A DNA stretch of 64,000 nucleotides from Macrostomum lignano (lineage: Eukaryota), in contig NIVC01002977.1 of assembly GCA_002269645.1 (NCBI GenBank), positions 63,909-127,908 on the forward strand, given 5' to 3'. Of this stretch, positions 12,020 to 24,827 are shown in pieces. The position numbers were made by a program, and so were the translations under genes. Each line of letters opens with the position of its first letter. Position 1 is the stretch's first letter. The notes beneath the pieces are model-generated. The model was not told where the DNA came from. It did not search any database and saw only the letters and a program-made list of their open reading frames with translations.

Positions 12020-15000
12020 GTGAGCTGCTTGCTTCACTGGGGTGGATCTGGTATTCAGTATTGGGGTGCTTTTGGTCCTCAGTATTGGGCTGCATTTGGT
12101 CCTCAGTATTGGGCTGCATTTGGTCCTCAGTATTGGGCTGCATTTGGTCCTCAGTATTGGGCTGCATTTGGTCCTCAGTATTGGGCTGCATTTGGTCCTC
12201 AGTATTGGACTGCATTTGGTCTTCAGTATTGGACTGCATTAGGTCCTCAGTATATGGGGCGAATTTGGTCCTCAGTATTGGTGCAAATTTGGTCCTCAGT
12301 ATTGGTGCAAATTTGGTCCTCAGTATTGGTGCAAATTTGGTCCTCAGTATTGGTGCAAATTTGGTCCTCAGTATTGGGGTGCATTTGGTCCTCAGTATTG
12401 GTGCAAATTTAGTCCTCAGTATTGGGGTGCATTTGGTCCTCAGTATTGGTGCAAATTTGGTCTTCAGCCAACCCCATTTAGGACTGAATGGCTCCCTCAG
12501 TTTCGGGTCAATATTTGGTGTTACCCGAGAAATTTACCCTTTGCCTGCAGTAGTTGCTACCGGGCCTCCCCAATCAAAATTCTCTTCCGACTCCCGCAGC
12601 CGTGTGCGGCTTCCATTCCGTGAGTCCGCTTGAGCTGACTGAAGCCAGTCGGATGTTGGGCTCAATGGTGTGGGCGGATGTGTGAGCTGCCAGCTGAGTA
12701 GATCTCAATGATCTCAATGCTGTCCCATTTTGCACTGTCAGGCACTTTGTTGCGGCCATTGTAAGTGAACGCCTGAGCCTTCTTGCTCCCCGGTTTCCTG
12801 CCTGCCTTTCGCGAGATCCAGCCAGCCAGCCAGCCGACTGGCCTGCGGTCAAAGCCCCGCCGTTAATCCGCTTCCATTTTGAAGGCCGAAGCTGAATTCC
12901 TCCGTCATTTTGCTTGGCGCAAGTGGCGCCCCGCGTGACCCTGCAGCCTTGCGCCTCACGCTGTTTGGGGACACCCAAAGTCTTCCGCAAGATTAGCCTG
13001 CTCCATCCTTTGTGTGCGTAAAATTCCTTCGCCTGCTCAAATCCTTCGGCTCGCAGGGAAATCAGCGGAAACCCCGGCAGTCACGCCAGCCCCGCCAAGC
13101 TCTGTTGCATCTCGGCTCAGTCCGAACTGCGATTTCTTCAAACACAAGCTGCTTCCTCTCAAATGAAGAAATCAGCCGGTGCACTTCCGATTTGCCAGGC
13201 TGCTTGATCCGTTTCTGCGCTCTTCCGTGCTCAACTGGGGTATTCTCCTCCCCGCTCTGTTTTCTTCCCTCCTCAAGGGGCGCGCAGGCGGATGGGAGAA
13301 AGTGCTCTTGTTGGTCGGAGAGGCTGGGCGATGAAGTTGCCGGCCGCCCCGGAGTCGGGGTGGCATTGAATTCCGATAATTGATTTCTCAGCTTCTCAGC
13401 GGCGCCTGACAGGTCCGGCCTGGCCTGCCTGCCTCATCGCATTGGGGGGTTGGGGGCAGCGGCGTGAAGGACTGGCTGCCGCTCACAATGGCCTTTTGTC
13501 CTGAAATTCCCTCCCAGCTGGCTCAGGCATCCGGGCATTGCCGCCGCTGCGCCTGGCCTGACCGGCCCAGATGGCCGTCAGCAAAGCGAAGAAAAGAATT
13601 ACAATTGGAACCGGTGCGGTCTTCTTGCGCAAGTAAAGCGAATGCTTAACGACAGTTGATGGGCAATGTCAGGCCCTGGGGTGCTTTTAAATGCTGTGTT
13701 TACTGCCTCTGGCCGCCGCTTTGGTGTCAACCGTCCGCCATTCCAGTTCGGATTGAATCGCGCCAAAATTCCTGTGCATCAAGGCGCTTGCATCAAACTA
13801 GAGGCTGCAAGTTCTGCAGGTTATTGTCAGGCCGGATTGCAGCCACTCCAGTTCTGGCTCCTTTAGAGTGTCAGACTTTTTTCCGTGCGGTTTCGCTTCG
13901 AAGGCTTGCTTTTTGCTTGCTTTTTGCTTGTGTTTAATTTGCTCTGCAATCAGCAGTCAGGGTGTCTCCCTGGCCCTGCACTCAGCAGTCAGGGTGTCTC
14001 CCTGGCCCTGCAATCAGCAGTCAGGGTGTCTCCCTGGCCCTGCAATCAGCAGTCAGGGTGTCTCCCTGGCCCTGCACTCAGCAGTCAGGGTGTCTCCCTG
14101 GCCCTGCACTCAGCAGTCGGGGGGTCTCCCTGGCCCTGCAATCAGCAGTCAGGGTGTCTCTCTGGCCCTGCACTCAGCAGTCAGGGTGTCTCCCTGGCCC
14201 TGCACTCAGCAGTCGGGGGGTCTCCCTGGCCCTGCAATCAGCAGTCAGGGTGTCTCCCTGGCCCTGCACTCAGCAGTCGGGGGGTCTCCCTGGCCCTGCA
14301 CTCAGCAGTCAGGGTGTCTCCCTGGCCCTGCACTCAGCAGTCAGGGTGTCTCCCAGTCTCAGCTGTCTTCCTTCATCCCAGCCACCTAGCTAATGGCGAC
14401 TATTAGCGGCCCGCCAGCGCTGCCCGGAATGCAATGATGCCGCATCGGCTCCGTCTTCAGCTCTCCCCTAACTGGGCTGGCCAAGGCGCCATTCCGCCTC
14501 GTGCGAGTACCTATGATGCCACAGCCTTCTGCTCGGCCCGCGGGGACTTGGCGCATTAGGCTCGGATTCTCCATCTTTCGGGGCTCGCAAATCTTGTTGC
14601 CGAGTAGCCCCTCCCGTCCCGATCCCATCCCGCCTGATTGATCCGCTGCGGGGATCTCGCCAGAGTCTTTTTAGCCTGGCCCGGCTACTCACTTGAGCTG
14701 CTGGCCAGTTGGAAAATCGGCCGGCCGTCCCGACAGCCTAACTCAATAATGCCGACTGTCCTTCCTGTCCGCCGTGGGTGTTCAAGAGCTGCTATAGGCA
14801 GGACTGCAGGATTACTGAGAGCATGCTGGGCCGCTGGCTGCTAAATTAGCCCGCTGCTGGCCAGGTGACTCGCAGATTTGATTTGCCGCATCCAGTTTGC
14901 ATTATCCAATCCGATTCCGACTGGCTCTTAAACTTTATGGTCTTCTTCAAGAGTCAGTAGAAGCAGGCCTTGCACTTTTGCTTTGGCGCGCACAATGAGG

Positions 15001-18000
15001 CATTGATGAGTTTTGAGTACTTTCGATATCGCAGAATCCACAGTCCGGCCTGTGCGACCCCCCCCCCCCCCGTATCTGAGTGGCGGATCGGCGCCCTGGC
15101 CTGATTAATGGCAGCGGCACAAGGGTCTGCTTCCTGCCCCGTGCGCTTCCTGGCGGACTCTCTTTCATGTGGCCAAGGCGATCGCATGTGAACTCTTCTC
15201 TGTTAGCCTGTCTTTGCTTGTCATGTAGGGGGCGACCCAGTCCCGGGCCCGAAAAGTCGGGAATCCCGACCAAAATCGTGGCCCGACCCGGGCCCGGGCC
15301 CGACCCTAAAAAAGTCGGGAAATCGGGACAAGTCTTTTTTCCCTAAAGGCACTAACTGCGTGCAAATAAGAATAAAATTATTTTTATTCACAGCACAGCA
15401 CAACACTCAGTTAAGCATTGCATCAGCACTCAAGACTCAAGCACTGCACGACTGCAGTAATAGTAATAGATGATATGATGTGAAGTAGCAATATCATTGA
15501 TTCGTAGTATGCTCTTAGCGTGAGTGTCTGTGACCGTGAGCGTCAGCCACAGCCAGTTTCCACTTTCCAGGAAGATCGGATTTTTTCCAGGAAGATAAAA
15601 TTAAAACATAGTTGATGCAATATTGATTCCACTTTACACGCTGCAGGCTGCAGGCTAAAAGCAAAAATATGATTCTTTAAAAAGTTGATTTGTCATTTTT
15701 AAGCTTTTGTAAATAACATTTCCTATTTACGTTCCAAGAAGTACTTATTAAGGGCCAAGGCTACCATTTTTCCAAGAAGTTTGCTATCTATCAGAGTTTG
15801 TAATCGTGTTCATATTTGTATTGTATTCGTAGGTAGTTGTAGTTGTAGACTCAGTATCGTATTCGTAATCATATTCGTTTAGGTAGGTAGGTGAGCAGGT
15901 AGGCAGGTATCAGCTAATTACTTGTATTTCCATTGTCTGTTTGCCTGTTCTGTTGAGACAGTTGAGTGTTGTGTTGTGTTGTCACTTCACTTGTGTTCTG
16001 TTCTGTTGTCTTGTCTTGTTGTCTTACTGAATACTGACTGTGTACATGGCTCTTTATATTGAAGCTATGTAAAGGAACTAAAAATTCAAATAAAAGAATC
16101 AATCAATTGATTTGGTTCTTACTTCCTTACTGCTTCCAATGCCAAGTGCCTTACACTTAATGCTTCAGCTTTTCTTCTTTTTGCTTACTGCCACTGCCAG
16201 TGCCAGCCGCACTACCGTAGTGCCTGCTTGCCTACCTCACTGCCTGTTAAGTGTTAGTGTCACTGTCACTGGCACACACACAGTACTTGTGCCACACAGT
16301 GACATTGAATTTGAACTATTGAGTATATTGATATTTGAGTATTAAGTCTTTTAATGTAACTCTTATCTATTCTGAAGTATTAACTAATGTATTAAATAAA
16401 AATAATATTTATTATATATTTAATATAATATATTATATTTATATATTATTATATATTTAATATATTCATATATTATAATATATTTAATGTTTATCATATA
16501 TTTATTATACATTTAATATATTATATTAGATTTAATATTTTAATATATTTATTATATATTTAATAGTAATCCGCATATGCTAAAAGTATTAATATTTATT
16601 ATGATTTTTTTCCAATTATTGAGCTGTCCTAAAGATCTTGTCCCGAATTCCCGAGGCCCGACCCAGGCCCGAGTCCTCATTCCCGGGCCTGACCCGGGCC
16701 CGACTTTGGCCGTCCCGGTCGCCCCCTATTGTCATGACTGGCGGTGCTCGACGGACGCACACAATGCCCGCCTGCTTTCTTCTTCGGGCGCATTTGCCTT
16801 CAGCAGCTCTGGCAGCTCTAAGAGACTTGCCCCTCCGGCTGTCAGCGGCTGGCCGCCCGTTGGTAGCCTCTCAATTACCCGCAGCCTCAGCTCTCCGCCT
16901 TCCATTTTCTTTTGGTGCCTCAATTGTGACCCCCCCCACTCCTTTGGCCTTCCTTCCCCTGCCTGAACCTGATGGAGCTCGCTGGAAGCTGCAGAGGTGA
17001 TTAAGTTGCAGTCTGCCTCTGTGTAAGTGGAACAGTATCTCCAAAGAGTCGGCAAATTTGCTACACTGATTGAGTAGAGAGAGGGAGACTCTCCGATCTG
17101 GATGGGATTGGGAAGAGTGAATCAAAATTTATAGCCAATCACCCCGAGTGGAGGCCGCATCCGACAGTCTAATCCTGTCTTGATTACGTGTCCGGGGCTC
17201 GATCCCATTTCCCAGCGGGTAGCTGCTGCTGCTGTAAAATGGCGGGCTGTCCGTCCGGCTGAGGCAGGCGACTTCGGTGACCCGTCTGCAGTTTTTCACT
17301 GGGCAATAAGCTGTCAGTTCTGGCAAATTGGCCTCTAGTGGCCGCCCACCCCAGCCCAATCGGATTAGATCTCTTGATCAGTAGCGGCGGATTTGCCGAA
17401 AGGCCTGCCTCATCCCTATCTGGATTGAGGCTCGCGACTTTTTGATGGCCGGCCCCGCAGCCTCCGCTGCTTCTGAGCGCCGCCAGCTTTTTTCAATTCC
17501 AGTGGCCGAATTCCTCCGCTCCCACCCGCTGACCCTTGCGCAGGTAGCGGGCATGGGAAAGTGGGTCAATTAGGTCTTATTAGAGTCTGCGACTAATTAG
17601 TCAGGTGCAAGAGGTAGGGGCAGCTGAGATGAGGGTTCTTAGCGGGACTGCGGCTTTGCTTAGTAAGTGTGTGGCTGTTGTGACACGGAGAGCGAACTCG
17701 GGGCTGTCGGGAGAGGCGAGCTGGCTGGCTTGTTTGCGCGTGCTGAATTGCGGGAATCGAAATTGGCTTAGTTTAGCCCGCGTTTCTCTGATCTCTGTTT
17801 TGTATTTCCCGGTTCGGCTCTCGCTGCCCCCCCCCCCCCCAGCCACCCTCCTGGCTGCTGGATCGAACTGCGCGGTCTGGCCTCTCATCTCGCTAAATCT
17901 CCCGGGGTGCAGCGGAATGCAGAACGGCTCGGGGCAGTGCGCGCAACTTTTCGTTCAGATATTGCTGCTTCTCAGGGCCGGATTCTGTGGGAAAGTTCCA

Positions 18001-21000
18001 GTGCTTGTTTTTAATTGACTGGGCCGGCTCGCCGCCTTCTGCCTGTCCTGTTTACTGGCTACCAGTGCGTGTGCACTGCGGCGGGTCTCCGGCTGCTGGC
18101 AGACTGGCGGAAATGCTAAAGCTGAGATTTTTGCCCCGGGAGGACCAGCCAGGTTTACAAGCATCTCCTCAGACTCTCACAAGTGGATTTTGAAACCCGT
18201 AATTTCTAACATTATAGCAAGTATGCTCTTTGAAAGCATGCAGGTCGTTTCCTGGACTAAACTCGAAGTCCTGGACTCGAATCGAGTTTTGGACAAAGTC
18301 GAATTTTCTGACCAGATGTAGCGGGAAAGGGCTCTGGCCTGGATTTTAATCAGTCAGGCGGAGATTTTAAGACGCCGCGTACTTTGCATTGCTCTTATCG
18401 ATGTCTCCCCTGCGCAGAGCCGACAGCTGTCCTCAGATTCTTCCGACATCACTGACCCGACCTCATCGTCTGGCTCCTCCTCGGGCACCTGCTGCCGATG
18501 TCGGCGCCTTTTGGACATCAATTCGACGCTGAACGACAGCCCCAACCGTTTCGTGCCTGCCGCCGCCGCTGCGTCAGTCGCCGTGGACCTCCTGGTGCGC
18601 ATTGATGACGACACCGCTGATGAAGGCGGCAGCTGCGACAGGCCGGAGAAAACTGACCGAGGCGGCAGTGGTGGCTGCACCAGCGACTGCGCGGACATCG
18701 CCGACTGGTGGTACGGCAGCGGAAGCGACAGCGAGGAGCCGCCCGATCTGCCGCCCGCTGACGGCCTCGGAGCCGCTCCGGAGCTGCCGGCTGACCGTCT
18801 AAGGCTCGGCGAGCGCCTCGGCGGCGGCAACTTCGGCGAAGTCCGAGCCGCCCTGCACCGCGACCCGCGCACCGGCCGCGAGGTTCGAGTGGCAGTGAAG
18901 ACCCTCCGTTCTGGCGCCGGCGCCGCAGCTGAAGCTGACGTGCTGGCCGAGGCGCGGGTGATGAGCGGCCTGCGGCATCCCCGGGTGCTCCGCCTGCTGG
19001 GCCTGAGCCGGGCGAACGTCAGCGGCTGCCTGATGCTGGTGCTGGAGCTGGCGCCGCTCGGGCCGGTGAACAAGTTCCTCAGGAAGCACCCGTGAGTGCC
19101 AGCTTAGTTCTTCTGTTTGTCGGCAGCTGCAGCTCGGAAGTTCAGAAAGAAATAAAATGTCAGCGTTTGTTATCGAACGGTATAGTTCATACCTGATTGA
19201 AAATTTTGAAGCGAAGTAGGGTCCTCTCACTAGCAGTCACTGGCAGTTCAAAGCCAATTTTTTTTCTGAAATTAATATAAAATGCTTGCACCCACTACTA
19301 GCCTACTGTAAGTAGATGAATTGGCAGGTTTCATCGCGTACCCTTAATATTTTTTCACAGTTGCCATTTTTGCCAGATATCTTTATTACGGTAAATTTAT
19401 AGACATCTTTACTAGAGTCTCCTTTCCATCTTCACGAGTCTCCTTTCCATCTTCACTAGAGTCTCCTTTCCATCTTCACTAGAGTCTCCTTTCCATCTTC
19501 ACTAGAGTCTCCTTTCCATCTTCACTAGAGTCTCCTTTCCATCTTCACTAGAGTCTCCTTTCCATCTTCACTAGAGTCTCCTTTCCATCTTCACTAGAGT
19601 CTCCTTTCCATCTTCACTAGAGTCTCCTTTCCATCTTCACTAGAGTCTCCATTCCATCTTCACTAGAGTCTCCATTCCATCTTCACTAGAGTCTCCATTC
19701 CATCTTCACTAGAGTCTCCTTTCCATCTTCACTAGAGTCTCCATTCCATCTTCACTAGAGTCTCCATTCCATCTTCACTAGAGTCTCCTTTCCATCTTCA
19801 CTAGAGTCCCTTCACTCCATCTTCACTAGAGTCCCTCCATTCCAACTTCACTAGAGTCCCTTCACTCCATCTTCACTAGAGTCTCCATTCCATCTTCACT
19901 AGAGTCTCCATTCCATCTTCACTAGAGTCTCCATTCCATCTTTACTAGAGTCTCCTTTCCATCTTCACTAGAGTCTCCATTCCATCTTCACTAGAGTCTC
20001 CTTTCCATCTTCACTAGAGTCCCTTCACTCCATCTTCACTAGAGTCCCTCCATTCCAACTTCACTAGAGTCCCTTCACTCCATCTTCACTAGAGTCCCTC
20101 CATTCCAACTTCACTAGAGTCCCTTCACTCCATCTTCACTACAGTCCCTTCACTCCATCTTCACTACAGTCCCTTCACTCCATCTTCACTAGAGTCCCTT
20201 CACTCCATCTTCACTACAGTCCCTTCACTCCATCTTCACTACAGTCCCTTCACTCCATCTTCACTAGAGTCCCTCCATTCCAACTTCACTAGAGTCCCTT
20301 CACTCCATCTTCACTAGAGTCCCTTCACTCCATCTTCACTAGAGTCCCTCCATTCCAACTTCACTAGAGTCCCTTCACTCCATCTTCACTACAGTCCCTT
20401 CACTCCATCTTCACTAGAGTCCCTTCACTCCATCTTCACTACAGTCCCTTCACTCCATCTTCACTAGAGTCCCTTCACTCCATCTTCACTACAGTCCCTT
20501 CACTCCATCTTCACTACAGTCCCTTCACTCCATCTTCACTACAGTCCCTTCACTCTATCTTCACTACAGTCCCTTCACTCCATCTTCACTACAGTCCCTT
20601 CACTCCATCTTCACTACAGTCCCTTCACTCCATCTTCACTACAGTCCCTTCACTCTATCTTCACTACAGTCCCTTCACTCCATCTTCACTACAGTCCCTT
20701 CACTCTATCTTCACTACAGTCCCTTCACTCCATCTTCACTACAGTCCCTTCACTCTATCTTCACTACAGTCCCTTCACTCTATCTTCACTACAGTCCCTT
20801 CACTCCATCTTCACTACAGTCCCTTCACTCCATCTTCACTACAGTCCCTTCACTCCATCTTCACTACAGTCCCTTCACTCCATCTTCACTACAGTCCCTT
20901 CACTCCATCTTCACTACAGTCCCTTCACTCCATCTTCACTACAGTCCCTTCACTCCATCTTCACTACAGTCCCTTCACTCCATCTTCACTACAGTCCCTT

Positions 21001-22292
21001 CACTCCATCTTCACTACAGTCCCTTCACTCCATCTTCACTACAGTCCCTTCACTCCATCTTCACTACAGTCCCTTCACTCCATCTTCACTACAGTCCCTT
21101 CACTCCATCTTCACTACAGTCCCTTCACTCCATCTTCACTACAGTCCCTTCACTCCATCTTCACTACAGTCCCTTCACTCCATCTTCACTACAGTCCCTT
21201 CACTCCATCTTCACTACAGTCCCTTCACTCCATCTTCACTACAGTCCCTTCACTCCATCTTCACTACAGTCCCTTCACTCCATCTTCACTACAGTCCCTT
21301 CACTCCATCTTCACTACAGTCCCTTCACTCCATCTTCACTACAGTCCCTTCACTCCATCTTCACTACAGTCCCTTCACTCCATCTTCACTACAGTCCCTT
21401 CACTCCATCTTCACTACAGTCCCTTCACTCCATCTTCACTACAGTCCCTTCACTCCATCTTCACTACAGTCCCTTCACTCTATCTTCACTACAGTCCCTT
21501 CACTCCATCTTCACTACAGTCCCTTCACTCCATCTTCACTACAGTCCCTTCACTCCATCTTCACTACAGTCCCTTCACTCCATCTTCACTACAGTCCCTT
21601 CACTCCATCTTCACTACAGTCCCTTCACTCCATCTTCACTACAGTCCCTTCACTCCATCTTCACTACAGTCCCTTCACTCCATCTTCACTACAGTCCCTT
21701 CACTCCATCTTCACTACAGTCCCTTCACTCCATCTTCACTACTGACCGGAATCCCCGATCGCAAACCCGCAGCGAGTGCCCAGTCGAGCAGCTCACAGAG
21801 CTGGCCCACCAGGTCTCTCAGGGCATGCGCTACCTGGAGTCCCGCCGCCTCGTCCACCGCGACTTGGCCGCCCGCAACGTCCTGCTGGCCGGCCGGTGCA
21901 GCGTCAAGATTTCGGACTTCGGCCTGAGCCGCGCGCTGGCCGGCGGCAGCGACTATTACCGTGCCGATGCGGCCGGCCGCTGGCCGCTGAAGTGGTACAG
22001 CCCTGAGTGCATCTACTACTTCCGCTTTAGCTGCCAGTCGGACGTCTGGAGCTTCGGCGTCACCTGCTGGGAACTGTTCAGCTACGGCGCCAGGCCCTAC
22101 CACGACCTCAAGGGCACGGAGATCGTGCAGATGCTGGAGCGGGGCGACCGCCTGCCCTGTCCGGCCGCCTGTCCGGGTCCGGTGTACGAGCTGCTGCTGC
22201 ACTGCTGGCGCTACTGTCCCGACCAGCGGCCCAGCTTTGCCTGTCTGGCCGCCCGCCTGGCCGCCATGCCGAGGTCCGCTGGACTGGATTGA
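11042..22292 (+). CDS. SYK: Syk/ZAP-70 family tyrosine kinase (tandem SH2 + kinase), 3 coding exons, about 723 aa
   Basis: Exons 11042-12019 (donor GTGAGC, phase 0), 18418-19091 (acceptor ccctgcgcag; donor GTGAGT, phase 2) and 21773-22292 (acceptor cccgcag). Phases join into a 2172-nt ORF. Two SH2 domains (FLLRAS, FLVRSA) with no intervening ankyrins. Kinase motifs GGGNFG, VAVK, HRDLAARN, DFGLSRAL..DYY..G.WPLKWYSPECIYY.RFS.QSDVWSFGV are Syk-type. Confidence 0.92.
12045..12467. repeat. 24-bp minisatellite (tttggtcctcagtattgggctgca variants) in Syk intron 1
   Basis: Visible tandem units; 8-aa periodicity in the overlapping spurious ORFs. Confidence 0.95.
13944..14354. repeat. 32-bp minisatellite (cagcagtcagggtgtctccctggccctgcact)
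   Basis: About 13 tandem units; the same peptide recurs in all three frames. Confidence 0.95.
15226..16728. mobile_element. hAT-family non-autonomous element, 1503 bp, in Syk intron 1
   Basis: TIR TAGGGGGCGACC / GGTCGCCCCCTA; perfect 8-bp TSD TTGTCATG (15218-15225 and 16729-16736); GC-rich cccggg/cccgac subterminal motifs; nearly pure A/T core at ~16380-16570. Confidence 0.9.
18418..19091 (+). CDS. SYK: Syk-like exon 2 (interdomain B and kinase N-lobe)
   Basis: LGERLGGGNFGEV, VAVKTL, alphaC EARVM, LVLELAPLGPVNKFL; splice phases match both neighbours. Confidence 0.9.
19405..21741. repeat. 2.3-kb polarised minisatellite in Syk intron 2 (23-bp units grading into 25-bp units)
   Basis: ctagagtctcctttccatcttca (23 bp) at the 5' end, mixed units around 19800-20350, then homogeneous ctacagtcccttcactccatcttca (25 bp) to the 3' end. 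Confidence 0.97.
21773..22292 (+). CDS. SYK: Syk-like exon 3 (kinase C-lobe)
   Basis: QVSQGMRYLESRRLVHRDLAARN...DFG...WYSPEC...SDVWSFG; stop TGA at 22290-22292. Confidence 0.95.
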
Positions 22293-22814
22293 ACTTTGAC
22301 CTCGCCTGACCTCTGACACAATAGGAGTGCATAGTAACTTTAGACTTTATGTGGCCTGCTACTAGCTGTCTGAGCTTGCCGCCCCTGCCCGCGGCTCCAC
22401 TGGTTAAACTGGTCTGCCTCTGCGCACCTGTCTCATCTCACTTTCACCTTATCTGTGTGTATCTGTCTGTCAAAACCCGAGCCTGAGCCCAGCAACCAGT
22501 AGGCCGTTTTTCATGTCATTTTCTCTACTGCGTCAAGCAGCAGTAGGTGTCGCTATTTAATACTTGTAGTAGTATTGAATTCGGCTTCTTTTATGTACTT
22601 TCAATATAGTATTAGCTGTGTCTGCGGTTCCGGCTACTCGAGCTCGATGCAGGTCAGGTGCAGCAAGTGCTGCTGGTTTTGCATTCATTTGTACCTCTGC
22701 GGGATTCTCGCTGGTTAGAGCAGCGTATGCCTGTAATTCGATGTAACCTATTTAATCTTTGTTTGTACCTATTTTATAGGTAAATATTGATTTAGTCAGC
22801 TATGCGATATTACG

Positions 22815-23215
22815 GTTAGGCAGGTGTACAAGATTAGGGTTAGGCAGGTGTACAAGATTAGGGTTAGGCAGGTGTACTATAGTAGGGTTAGACAGGTGTA
22901 CAATATTAGGGTTAAGCAGGTGTACAAGATTAGGGTTAGGCAGGTGTACAAGATTAGGGTTAGGCAGGTGTACAAGATTAGGATTGGGCAGGTGTACAAG
23001 ATTAGGATTGGGCAGGTGTACAAGATTAGGGTTAGGCAGGTGTACAAGATTAGGGTTAGGCAGGTGTACTATAGTAGGGTTAGACAGGTGTACAAGATTA
23101 GGGTTAGGCAGGTGTACAAGATTAGGATTGGGCAGGTGTACAAGATTAGGGTTAGGCAGGTGTACAAGATTAGGGTCAGACAGGTACAAGATTAGGGTTA
23201 GGCACGTGTACGAGA
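22815..23215. repeat. 24-bp minisatellite containing TTAGGGTTAGG
   Basis: Unit caggtgtacaagattagggttagg and variants. Confidence 0.95.
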
Positions 23216-23495
23216 TCGAGTTAGACAACAAATATTAAAAATCTTAATTAAAAAATTGAGCGACACTAGACTAAGGCGAATACAATTGCTTAGAGCTGTT
23301 TGCAGTATTTTTTCTTTTTTATCACAGCATTCGTTGGGTTGCCAGGTCACAGTTGCTGAGACTATACTCAACTGACCCGACGAATGTCATCGCTTCTCAA
23401 ATTCCCCACTGCATTGACAGCCTACCTGTGTAATAAAATAATGGATTTGCATTGTGTCCGCACAGCCGATTTCATTGAGAAACGGAGAGGCTTTA

Positions 23496-23874
23496 CCATA
23501 GATAAAGTATACCATAGATTCCACCCCTGCCCAGAATGTACACACGCTCGTGTCCAAACTTTGACCACCATAAAACTCACCGTGCTCTCATTGGCTGGCG
23601 CGAAAGCCTTCCTTTCAACACCTTCGATTTCATTCCCTCACCCCTTCCACACAAGAAAGCTTTATAACTTTAATGCGCGGAACGAAAGGATGTCTTACCA
23701 GTTTCAACAGTTAAAGCGGAGATAATAGAAAAGCGGAGTTGGGGGAATGTACACACGTGGACTCAATGTGCATAGCGTGGCCCAGCCAATAGGAGCGCAG
23801 TGAATAAAGTGATGGTCACAATTTAGACACTCCGCGGGGGTAGGGGTGGAATCTATGGTATACTTTATCTATGG
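23496..23874. mobile_element. MITE, 379 bp, ~32-bp TIR, 6-bp TSD GCTTTA (superfamily unassigned)
   Basis: Left end CCATAGATAAAGTATACCATAGATTCCACCCC is mirrored at the right end; GCTTTA at 23490-23495 and 23875-23880. Confidence 0.85.
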
Positions 23875-24827
23875 GCTTTACTGAGTTTTGTTATCTGCCA
23901 TCATTTTTAGCTTTGCCACCTTGGGTGTAGGTAGTTTGCCGGGCTTGCTCCATTCATCGCATTCTTAGCATGGCCAGCTGTGAAGTGATAATCTAGCTGG
24001 GATTCACTGAGCCTTGCGATGGTTGCAGGGTCAAAGTCCATTCCGCACTGGCCCTCTCCTCTCGTTTGCGGTTTGGCGAGCCCCGCCTCCCTCCCTGCAC
24101 CGTGCAGCCCCACCACCCCAGTCACCCCAGCCCCATGACGCCCACCCCACCGCCGCGGGTATTTAAAGGCTCGCGCTGGCTCCCCGCCCGGCCCGCTGCC
24201 GTTCAAAACCCCCGAGCCCCAACTCCCTGCCGCTCTACAGCCTGTGCCTGGCCTCCCTGTGTGCCTTCAGCTAGCCTGCTTTTTTCTAACAGAGGAAACG
24301 CGAATAAGCGAGGGCGGTTTACTTTGATTGTGTCTGAAGAAATTGCGCTGCCTTTTTTAACTTTGCCGTCAACTTGAAGATTCAACTGGAGAAAAAGGAC
24401 CGGCTCTGCTTTAGCAGCTTTTCTTGCTTACAGAGGAACTGAAGCTTTCAGTCATCCTGGTTTAGTAGGGCTGGCCCCGCTCCTCATTGCACGTAAGGCC
24501 AGCCTCTCTTCCCCCCTCCCACTCGAGCCCTCTGTGTCCACAGGCTAGTGGGGCAGAGACTTGGCGAGAAAATCGATAAAGCAGCCAAAGTGCAGCAAAC
24601 TCTGCTTCCCACTCCTGTTCCCCGGCTTTGCCCATCCATCTTCCCGAGGTCACGCTTTATCCCCCATCCATCTTCCCGAGGTCACGCTTTATCCCCATCC
24701 ATCCTGCCCGCCGCTCTGCCTTCCACTCTGAATCGGACGAATTTCATATCTAAGACCGGACACGCAACCTGTGAAGCAGCGAAGCCTCAATCAAGTTCGC
24801 CATTTTAACTTTTGCCTTCCAGCGAAT

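Noticed and set aside
12020-12633. C-terminal extension of the 456-aa SH2 ORF and overlapping ORFs
   Set aside because: Read-through past the GTGAGC donor into a 24-bp minisatellite; the peptide periodicity mirrors the DNA repeat.
19405-21741. CRISPR-like appearance of this and other arrays
   Set aside because: No unique spacers, no cas genes, eukaryotic context.
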